Shown: positions 16,719-23,461 of the stretch, in pieces
Position numbering within the stretch: the first letter of the stretch is position 1
Layout of the letters: the number at the start of each line of letters is the position of its first letter
Origin: a virus
Virus record (IMG/VR): IMGVR_UViG_3300021961_000023
DNA length: 64,000 bases
Reading direction: 5' to 3' (one strand)
Notes under the pieces: model-generated
Told to the model about the DNA's origin: nothing
The model's input: only the letters and a program-made list of their open reading frames with translations
The model's database searches: none
Made by a program: the position numbers and the translations under genes

Positions 16719-16898
16719 ATGAACCGCACTGAACTTCAAGATCAACTCATTCAGCAAATGTTGGATGACATGGATCTCAAAACAATGACCCAACTTTGTT
16801 ATGATTATCTGGATGAGGGTTATGCTAAGTATTCTGATGAAGAATTGATCACTGAGTGTGAAGAATACTATCCCGAACTGCTAGAGGGTGACAGTTGA
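16719..16898 (+). CDS. Small acidic protein
   Basis: MNRTELQ...YSDEELITECEEYYPELL. Confidence 0.65.
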   Translation: MNRTELQDQLIQQMLDDMDLKTMTQLCYDYLDEGYAKYSDEELITECEEYYPELLEGDS

Positions 16899-16946
16899 GG
16901 AACTGGCACAAGACCCCTTGATTTCTGCCTGAATCCGTGCCATCAT
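16887..16946 (+). promoter_or_regulatory. Early promoter cassette 10
   Basis: GGTGACAGT-TGAGGA-ACTGGCACA; TTGATT-N17-CATCAT. Confidence 0.75.
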
Positions 16947-16953
16947 ACACAGT

Positions 16954-17850
16954 ATGCAAAACAAACACATCGAACACCCCGAAGATTCTATCCTTACGGG
17001 CGACCTTTCTGTTCTTGATTGGTTCATTCAACCTGGCAATCTTTCGGTAAAGATTGATGGTGCGCCTGCAATTGTGTGGGGTATTGATCCTGCCTGTGGT
17101 GAGTTCTTTGTAGGAACCAAAGCAGTCTTTAACAAGAAAAAGATTCGTATCGCTCACTCTCATGAAGAAATTGATGCGTTCTATCAAGGTGAGGTTGCGG
17201 TTATTCTGCATCGTTGCTTTGATTATCTTCCTCGCACCAATGGTATCTTTCAAGGTGACTTTATTGGTTTTGGCGGTTCTGATGAGTATTGCCCCAACAC
17301 GATTACTTACAAGTTTGGTGAGGTAGTTTCAGAGGAGATTATCGTTGCACCTCACACTTACTACATTGCAGAGAATGATCTGCGTGATGCTGTTGCGTAT
17401 CCGATGAAGTTTACCATCACGGATACTCCTTACGTGAAGTTTGTTCGTCCTGATGCTTACATCATGCACAATCAAGAATCGTTTGCTGATGTTAAAGAGG
17501 TGTGCGACTTTGCCCGTCAAATGTCTACCACTGCACACTTCGTAACTGATAAGGAAGCAGCAAAGATCAAGCAACAACTTAATGCCTGCATTCGTGCTGG
17601 TGAAGATCCTAACCCTAACGACTTTGAATGTGATCCTAACCTGATTCGTTTCTGGGCATTGGTTAAATCAATCAAAGATGATTGTTTGTTCCTGTGTCGC
17701 AATTGTGGTCCTGCTGCTTATCTTGGATACAACAGGATTGATGCAGAGGGTTATGTCCTCTCCAATGAGTTTGGCACGTTTAAGTTAGTCAATCGTGAGG
17801 TATTCTCTCACGCAAACTTTAACAATGGGCGGTTCCAGTGTGCCAGTTGA
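16954..17850 (+). CDS. DUF6267-like protein, predicted ATP-dependent ligase/nucleotidyltransferase fold
   Basis: HIEHPED; SVKIDGAP (KxDG), FQGD, EGYV, FKLV. Confidence 0.65.
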   Translation: MQNKHIEHPEDSILTGDLSVLDWFIQPGNLSVKIDGAPAIVWGIDPACGEFFVGTKAVFNKKKIRIAHSHEEIDAFYQGEVAVILHRCFDYLPRTNGIFQGDFIGFGGSDEYCPNTITYKFGEVVSEEIIVAPHTYYIAENDLRDAVAYPMKFTITDTPYVKFVRPDAYIMHNQESFADVKEVCDFARQMSTTAHFVTDKEAAKIKQQLNACIRAGEDPNPNDFECDPNLIRFWALVKSIKDDCLFLCRNCGPAAYLGYNRIDAEGYVLSNEFGTFKLVNREVFSHANFNNGRFQCAS

Positions 17851-17898
17851 GGTAGTGGCACAACCCCCCTTGTGATCCGCTGGGATCTGTGCAATACT
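17839..17898 (+). promoter_or_regulatory. Early promoter cassette 11
   Basis: TGTGCCAGT-TGAGGT-AGTGGCACA; TTGTGA-N17-AATACT. Confidence 0.8.
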
Positions 17899-17923
17899 TA
17901 AAGAGTCAAAGAAAGGCAACGCA

Positions 17924-18238
17924 ATGCGTAAGATCGAAAAGCAAATCATCGCTGCAATCAAAGAGAACAAAGATCTCAAGATTGCAAACTCTGAAGTGAT
18001 CTCTTGCTCTAACGTTTCTGATGTTTACCTGCACGGCAATTTGATTGCTCGCATTGGTGAAACTTGGATGGAACTGTTCGATGGTGGTTGGCGTTCGAAC
18101 ACCACCAAATCGCGTCTGAATGCTCTACTTTCTGCCTTCGGTATGGAAGGAGAGTATGTCTTCCAGAAGAACTTTCAGTGGTTCGTTAACTACAACGGTT
18201 CACCGATTCCGTTCTTCTCAGGTATGCGTCTGAACTGA
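17924..18238 (+). CDS. Conserved phage hypothetical protein
   Basis: VYLHGNLIA...GGW..NTTKSRLNALL. Confidence 0.75.
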   Translation: MRKIEKQIIAAIKENKDLKIANSEVISCSNVSDVYLHGNLIARIGETWMELFDGGWRSNTTKSRLNALLSAFGMEGEYVFQKNFQWFVNYNGSPIPFFSGMRLN

Positions 18239-18265
18239 GTGGGGTTATCCCCCCACTCTTTTTTT
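18237..18265 (+). terminator. Intrinsic terminator
   Basis: GAGTGGGG-loop-CCCCACTC followed by T7. Confidence 0.8.
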
Positions 18266-18284
18266 GTCCTCATTCATTATACTC

Positions 18285-18446
18285 ATGGCAACAACTTCTT
18301 TCGCTCACGGTGATTCCTACGGTGTGACCGATCATTATAATTTTGATGATCGTGACTTTGATGACTTTTACACTGCCGAAGATTATGATCAAAAAAGGGC
18401 AGAGAGGGACGGTTGGCGAACTGCCTACTGGGATGGTCGGTTCTGA
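18285..18446 (+). CDS. Small acidic protein
   Basis: D-rich 53-aa ORF. Confidence 0.5.
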   Translation: MATTSFAHGDSYGVTDHYNFDDRDFDDFYTAEDYDQKRAERDGWRTAYWDGRF

Positions 18447-18485
18447 TCATTCTGTGCCTATAATACCTGAAGAACAAACAACCTC

Positions 18486-19031
18486 ATGGCACATCACAAC
18501 AACTTCAAAGGCGGAATTCAACCTGGCACTGTTGCGTTTGATGAGCAATCCCGTGCCATGGATGATAATGCAAAGTCTGCAATGATTCGTGTTGCTGACC
18601 TGCTGCAATCATCCTATCCTGAGTTAGTTGTACAATCGAAACTTGATCAGTCACAAATTCCTGGTGGCGTCGGTTCGTGTGCTCCTGACGGTGGAGTTTG
18701 GTTCTACAAAGGTCAACTGATTGCTGCCTTTGAGAGTAAGAAACAAGGTGCAAAAGGTAATGCAATCGAACGCTGGTTCAAGAACAATTTCATCGTTCGT
18801 GCTATCAATCCCTCTGCAACTTATGTCACGTTTGCATCAGGCGATGGCGTAGTTGCAGGCAATCCGATTCATCGAATCCTGCACATTGCACACCAAGGGT
18901 TATACGGTGTGATGAATGAAGTTCAGGTTGGCACTAACAATCTCCACTGTAAAGTTGAGGGGTTCAGTGTTGATGAGATGAGCAACATTATGATCGAAAC
19001 TCTCACAAACGTTCTGGAGTGTGCCAGTTGA
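18486..19031 (+). CDS. EcoRI/MunI-fold PD-(D/E)xK restriction-type endonuclease
   Basis: PDGG...ESKKQG..GNAIERWFKN...YVTF versus EcoRI PDGG...EAKHQG...GNAIERSHKN...YVLF. Confidence 0.8.
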   Translation: MAHHNNFKGGIQPGTVAFDEQSRAMDDNAKSAMIRVADLLQSSYPELVVQSKLDQSQIPGGVGSCAPDGGVWFYKGQLIAAFESKKQGAKGNAIERWFKNNFIVRAINPSATYVTFASGDGVVAGNPIHRILHIAHQGLYGVMNEVQVGTNNLHCKVEGFSVDEMSNIMIETLTNVLECAS

Positions 19032-19079
19032 CAAGGTGGCACAAACCCCCTTGTGGATCCCCTGAATCCGTGCAATACT
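19020..19079 (+). promoter_or_regulatory. Early promoter cassette 12
   Basis: TGTGCCAGT-TGACAA-GGTGGCACA; TTGTGG-N17-AATACT. Confidence 0.8.
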
Positions 19080-19106
19080 AAAGCATACCAAACGAAACGA
19101 AACCAA

Positions 19107-19271
19107 ATGCGAATCGATGTCCGTTGCCCTGCTGCCCCTTGGGAGAATACTACAACCGACCTTGATAAAGCATACGATCTGGCATACGGTTTGAGTGAAG
19201 ATTACCAGTGCGACGTTGATCTCTATTACAACTCCACTGGCACTCTCTACACTACCGTTTCCAACTATTGA
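19107..19271 (+). CDS. Small hypothetical protein
   Basis: ATG 19107 after cassette 12. Confidence 0.6.
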   Translation: MRIDVRCPAAPWENTTTDLDKAYDLAYGLSEDYQCDVDLYYNSTGTLYTTVSNY

Positions 19272-19399
19272 TGACAACTGCACAAAAGATTGAACGGGCA
19301 TTCTTTCTACAACTGATTCGGGAGGTTGCTGAAGTCCAAGGCAAAAAACACCTCCCTAAAGTTTCTCCCAAAAAACACCAACTTCACTTCACCAAATGA
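19271..19399 (+). CDS. Small basic protein (42 aa)
   Basis: TGATG coupling. Confidence 0.45.
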   Translation: MTTAQKIERAFFLQLIREVAEVQGKKHLPKVSPKKHQLHFTK

Positions 19400-19551
19400 C
19401 TGCAATCCTCATCGCTACGCTGACAATGAAACTCATTGGATTCAGTGAAGTTTCGCCTGGAATCTGTCAGGCAGACTATCTTGTGGATCGTGAAAGTGTC
19501 CGCTCTAAAATTGTATCTTGTGAATCTGTGCGCGATCCCCTGCCACTGTGA
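19396..19551 (+). CDS. Small hypothetical protein (51 aa)
   Basis: ATGA coupling; stop lies inside cassette 13. Confidence 0.5.
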   Translation: MTAILIATLTMKLIGFSEVSPGICQADYLVDRESVRSKIVSCESVRDPLPL

Positions 19552-19605
19552 CAGTCAGAAGGGTGTCCACTAAATCCCCCACGGCACCCCATCCTGTGCA
19601 ATACT
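19547..19605 (+). promoter_or_regulatory. Early promoter cassette 13
   Basis: TGTGACAGT-CAGAAG-GGTGTCCAC; TGcAATACT; 33-bp identity to the cassette 11 leader. Confidence 0.75.
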
Positions 19606-19630
19606 TAAAGAGTCAAAGAAAGGCAATCGA

Positions 19631-19918
19631 ATGAACTTCGAACACATCTACAGCATCACTGGCAAAGTTATGGTCAAAGATAACCAAACTGGCAAATCCT
19701 GGATGTCACTGGTGGAAGACAATGCGTTCCGCAGTGCAATCGAAGGACTCTATCAGTTCGTGATTGATAACAACGCCAACGCTGATATGGCATACGAATG
19801 GGTATGTGATCAGGCAGGCATTTCCTCCTTTGTCGTTGATACTCCCGCCTGGGATATGTTCTACAGTGTGTTCGATCAGGCACGCCCAGTTCCTTACTTT
19901 CAGTGTGCTCACGCCTGA
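19631..19918 (+). CDS. Hypothetical protein
   Basis: AAAGG RBS after cassette 13. Confidence 0.65.
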   Translation: MNFEHIYSITGKVMVKDNQTGKSWMSLVEDNAFRSAIEGLYQFVIDNNANADMAYEWVCDQAGISSFVVDTPAWDMFYSVFDQARPVPYFQCAHA

Positions 19919-19956
19919 GTTTCATTAACACTTTGTTCCCTACACTTTCTTCGATC

Positions 19957-20142
19957 ATGGCACTCTACAGCATGGCAACCGATCTCAACACTAAGGAGAC
20001 GATTTGGGTTTCCACCAATGTAGTTAAGGGTCGCCCACAACTTAACTCACACCGTGATGATGATTTCGGTCGTTGTTACAAACGTGACGGCATTGATGGT
20101 TTCCCTGCGTGGGAGATTGCGGGTCTGCATAACAACTACTGA
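19957..20142 (+). CDS. Hypothetical protein
   Basis: ATG 19957. Confidence 0.6.
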   Translation: MALYSMATDLNTKETIWVSTNVVKGRPQLNSHRDDDFGRCYKRDGIDGFPAWEIAGLHNNY

Positions 20143-20183
20143 CCCACTTCTGATTCACACTTAACCAACACAATCGTTTCCAA

Positions 20184-20438
20184 ATGACTACCACTTTCCA
20201 ACGCAATGCTCTGGACATTTCCTACAACGGTTGGGAGAACTATGAGACCTGGAATGTAGCACTGTGGATCAACAATGATGAGAGTTTGTATCACCTTGCT
20301 CAAGAGTGTGGTGATTATGAAACTCTGGTAGATCGCCTCTACAATGATTATGGTGTGAAGCAAACAAAGGATGGCGTTAAGTTCAACGACCCCGCTGTAA
20401 ATGTCATCCAAATCAATAGCGATGTGTTCGACTTCTAA
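20184..20438 (+). CDS. Conserved phage hypothetical protein
   Basis: YNGWENYETWNVALWINNDE motif. Confidence 0.75.
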   Translation: MTTTFQRNALDISYNGWENYETWNVALWINNDESLYHLAQECGDYETLVDRLYNDYGVKQTKDGVKFNDPAVNVIQINSDVFDF

Positions 20439-20513
20439 GTAACACTCAAGGGAATGAGATGCGCCCTACAAAGACACTCACCACCAAACAGTTTCTAACA
20501 CTTTCTACTCAAA

Positions 20514-20657
20514 ATGACCAAAGATCTGTACCTCTCCCTTCTGCGTCAAGGTAACACTGGTGATGAGATTCTTTCGATTCTGGAAACTATCGTTGCTGGG
20601 GATGATAATGTCCCTGCTGCTGAAAATGGTCCTACGATGAACACTATCGACTTCTGA
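20514..20657 (+). CDS. Small hypothetical protein (47 aa)
   Basis: LLRQGNTGDEILSILE; read manually. Confidence 0.6.
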   Translation: MTKDLYLSLLRQGNTGDEILSILETIVAGDDNVPAAENGPTMNTIDF

Positions 20658-20666
20658 GTTAGATAC

Positions 20667-20860
20667 ACGAATGTCCGTGATTCGTCAGTCACGGATATTC
20701 GTATTCGGCAGTTAATGCCGCCGATTGTTTATAACGTCGGCGGGCGTTGCGGGTTATAAGCCCCCCCCCTTAATTAAAAAGGTAAACTACCCTAACCTAC
20801 AGAGGTGACAAATCGACCTCTCAATATCTCATAAGAAAAAAATTTCCCCAGAAAATTTCA
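20667..20860. other. GC-rich, hairpin-dense non-coding element at the early/late boundary
   Basis: Hairpins 20667-20702, 20706-20720 and 20801-20821, a C9 tract and A tracts. Confidence 0.55.
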
Positions 20861-20903
20861 GACTCTCCAAGGTCGCATAGATACTAGAGAGTGAACGAAA
20901 CAT

Positions 20904-21071
20904 ATGAAACACACCGTGTATCACGTCTATCACTCAAAAGAAGTCATCGCCCACAGTTTGTCAAAAGAAGAGTTAATCCGCAAGATTATTGAAGATGAGA
21001 TCAAGCCGAATAAGCACGAGATTCTCATGTTGACGACAGATTTAGAGAGGGGAACCGAACAATCATATTAG
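20904..21071 (+). CDS. Small hypothetical protein (55 aa)
   Basis: Read manually. Confidence 0.55.
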   Translation: MKHTVYHVYHSKEVIAHSLSKEELIRKIIEDEIKPNKHEILMLTTDLERGTEQSY

Positions 21072-21072
21072 G

Positions 21073-21101
21073 TTGACAATGACTAGATAAACAGTTAGAC
21101 T
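21073..21101 (+). promoter_or_regulatory. sigma70-type promoter
   Basis: TTGACA-N17-TAGACT. Confidence 0.65.
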
Positions 21102-21123
21102 TGAACTGAAAAATAACAAAGTT

Positions 21124-21918
21124 ATGGCAAAAGGATTTAAAGTAAAAACAGCACAAGTACAGCAACAAGATGGTCTCGATTGGGACTATGATGCTATCAA
21201 AGAGCGTATGCGTGGTAAGAGCATTGTCTTTTGCCTACCTGGTCGAGGATGCTCTTACATTTTTCTGAAGAACTTTGTTCAACTGTGTTTTGACATGGTT
21301 CAGAACCAGATGAACATTCAGATCTCTCAAGATTATTCTTCGATGGTGAACTTTGCACGTTGTAAGTGTTTGGGTGCAAATGTTCTCCGTGGTCCCGATC
21401 AGATTCCCTGGGATGGTAAACTGCAATATGATTACCAACTCTGGATTGATAACGATATTGTTTTCAACACTGAGAAGTTCTGGCAACTGTGTGATCTCGC
21501 AGTTCCTGGTCCTGACAAAGACGGTAATCCTCAAGATGAGCGTATGATCGCAGCAGGTTGGTATGCCACCGAAGACGGACATACTACCAGCGTCGCACAC
21601 TGGCTCGATGAAGAAGACTTCCGTAAGAACGGTGGTGTGATGAATCATGAGACCGTAGAGACCATGAGTAAGCGTCGTAAACCCTTTACTGTGGACTATA
21701 CTGGTTTCGGTTGGGTCATGATCAAGAACGGTGTCTTTGAGCACCCTGAGATGAAGTATCCCTGGTTCGCTCCTCAGATGCAAACCTTTGAGGACGGTAA
21801 AGTTCAGGATATGTGTGGTGAAGACGTATCATTCTGTCTTGATGCAAAGGCAGCAGGCATTGTGACCTGGTGTGATCCTCGGATCCGCGTGGGTCACGAA
21901 AAGACTCGTATTATTTGA
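21124..21918 (+). CDS. Glycosyltransferase-like (GT-A fold) conserved cyanophage protein
   Basis: WIDNDIVF (DxD), GFGWVMIK, GEDVSFC, VGHEK. Confidence 0.75.
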   Translation: MAKGFKVKTAQVQQQDGLDWDYDAIKERMRGKSIVFCLPGRGCSYIFLKNFVQLCFDMVQNQMNIQISQDYSSMVNFARCKCLGANVLRGPDQIPWDGKLQYDYQLWIDNDIVFNTEKFWQLCDLAVPGPDKDGNPQDERMIAAGWYATEDGHTTSVAHWLDEEDFRKNGGVMNHETVETMSKRRKPFTVDYTGFGWVMIKNGVFEHPEMKYPWFAPQMQTFEDGKVQDMCGEDVSFCLDAKAAGIVTWCDPRIRVGHEKTRII

Positions 21919-21932
21919 TCTAGGAGATTATT

Positions 21933-22076
21933 ATGGCAAGACCCAAAGGCAGTTTGACCTCTAAGATTCATATCGAAGGGAAACCTAAGAAGACTCGTCA
22001 AGGTCGTTCACAAAATACGAAACTCTCTGCGAGCTCCCGTAACTCGGCTCGTAAAAGGTACAGAGGACAAGGTTAA
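21933..22076 (+). CDS. Small highly basic protein (47 aa)
   Basis: AGGAG RBS; PKKTRQG...RKRYRGQG. Confidence 0.7.
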   Translation: MARPKGSLTSKIHIEGKPKKTRQGRSQNTKLSASSRNSARKRYRGQG

Positions 22077-22086
22077 ATAGTTAATG

Positions 22087-22112
22087 AAGCATGTAGAAAT
22101 ACATGCTTTTTT
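22087..22112 (+). terminator. Intrinsic terminator
   Basis: AAGCATGTA-GAAA-TACATGCTT followed by a T run. Confidence 0.7.
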
Positions 22113-22125
22113 CATGGGAACTTAT

Positions 22126-22824
22126 ATGGCATATCTGAATCACAACCTACCAACATTTACTTGTTACATTCGTAATGAGTTTTTATACAATCATAAAAAA
22201 GGGCATGGGGAGGTCACTTTATGCGATGTTCACTCTGTTGCCTCCTTAGAGAAGCACGTACCCCTCTTTGAGACCTTTTTAGAGAATGGGGTCAACTGGA
22301 CACGAAGACCGATTCATGCGTTCTGCTGGAAACCTGATGCACCTGTACCAGAGTTAGAAGAGTGTATGTGGTGGGATTGCTTTTCTCCTTATATTGATGT
22401 TCAAGTTCGCTCAAGAATGGCTAACTTACGTGCCGAACTGATTAACTACAAAGGAGAAAAAAATGAGGGTACATATATGTTCACTCTTGATTGGTCATGG
22501 GAATCAAAATCAACCCTGAATACCAATTTTAGTGAGACTCCAGAACATAAATGTGCTCATTTTTTCAAGATGGACAATGGAAACTTCTATGCATACCCTA
22601 ATAATAAAATATTATGGTATGATGATGCATGGACACGCAATAGAATTACCAAAAATCCAGGATACGAAATCGATCTAACCGAATATTCCGTTGAAAATCG
22701 TCGAAAAATTGAGACCTCTGACGATTTTATGTACGAAATTGCTAAAATTCGGGATAGCAACCCCGTAAAAAGTTCTGATTTTAACGAATCAGGAGCAAAA
22801 ACCAATGGCGAACAGTCCAGTTGA
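22126..22824 (+). CDS. Conserved phage hypothetical protein
   Basis: MAYLNHNLP...WDCFS...YMFTLDW...EHKCAH...GNFYAYPNN. Confidence 0.75.
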   Translation: MAYLNHNLPTFTCYIRNEFLYNHKKGHGEVTLCDVHSVASLEKHVPLFETFLENGVNWTRRPIHAFCWKPDAPVPELEECMWWDCFSPYIDVQVRSRMANLRAELINYKGEKNEGTYMFTLDWSWESKSTLNTNFSETPEHKCAHFFKMDNGNFYAYPNNKILWYDDAWTRNRITKNPGYEIDLTEYSVENRRKIETSDDFMYEIAKIRDSNPVKSSDFNESGAKTNGEQSS

Positions 22825-23011
22825 CAAAAGTAACGACTTTATTCAGTCAGGAATGACACTGATTACCGAAATTTCTTCGGAAAAATACCTAAAAAAGGTA
22901 AAAAAGAGTGGAAAATCGCTCTCTAAGTATGAACTACCAAATGATCGATATTCAAGACCCTGTGGTGGAGCAGGAGGATTCGATGATTTCGTTGAGAGGT
23001 GGCATGAATAG
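22805..23011 (+). CDS. Small conserved cyanophage protein
   Basis: AGGAG RBS; GMTLITE..SEKYL. Confidence 0.6.
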   Translation: MANSPVDKSNDFIQSGMTLITEISSEKYLKKVKKSGKSLSKYELPNDRYSRPCGGAGGFDDFVERWHE

Positions 23012-23025
23012 GTTAAAAATACCTT

Positions 23026-23032
23026 CTAAATA
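23026..23032 (+). promoter_or_regulatory. T4-type late promoter
   Basis: CTAAATA upstream of gp25. Confidence 0.6.
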
Positions 23033-23059
23033 AGGTAGAATCATAGTATACATTTATAA

Positions 23060-23461
23060 ATGCCTCTAGAAGGAGTCAGTCGCGGGTTTAAAGACATCAG
23101 TTTTTCGTTTACATCACATCCCCTCACTGGAGATTTGATCACTCTTTCTAATGAGAATGCAATTGCTCGTTCTTTACGCAATTTGGTTCTGACTGGATTC
23201 ACTGAGAGACTGTTTAATCAAGATCTTGGTTGCGATGTTAAACAGTCTCTTTTTGAAAACATTGACTTAGCAACGGGTTCAATCATTGAAACGCACATAA
23301 GAGCGACTATTCAAAACTATGAACCCAGAGTGAGAATCATCAAGGTTATTGCTGAACCTGATGTTGATAACAATAGTTTTGTTGTTACACTTCGTTATCA
23401 AATTGTGGGACTATCTCAAGTTACTCAAGAAATCAACTTTGTATTAGAATCGGGTCGATAA
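23060..23461 (+). CDS. gp25: Baseplate wedge subunit gp25
   Basis: FKDIS..F..HP.TGD...NENAI..S..NLV.T...ER.F; NYEPRV. Confidence 0.92.
   Translation: MPLEGVSRGFKDISFSFTSHPLTGDLITLSNENAIARSLRNLVLTGFTERLFNQDLGCDVKQSLFENIDLATGSIIETHIRATIQNYEPRVRIIKVIAEPDVDNNSFVVTLRYQIVGLSQVTQEINFVLESGR

Noticed and set aside
1771-19570. Integron attC array
   Set aside because: No GTTRRRY/RYYYAAC ends and no integrase seen; constant spacing to -10 boxes favours a promoter element
1-21000. Stop-codon reassignment explaining the many short ORFs
   Set aside because: Short ORFs are coupled by ATGA/TGATG overlaps with their own RBSs, and long late genes are intact in the standard code
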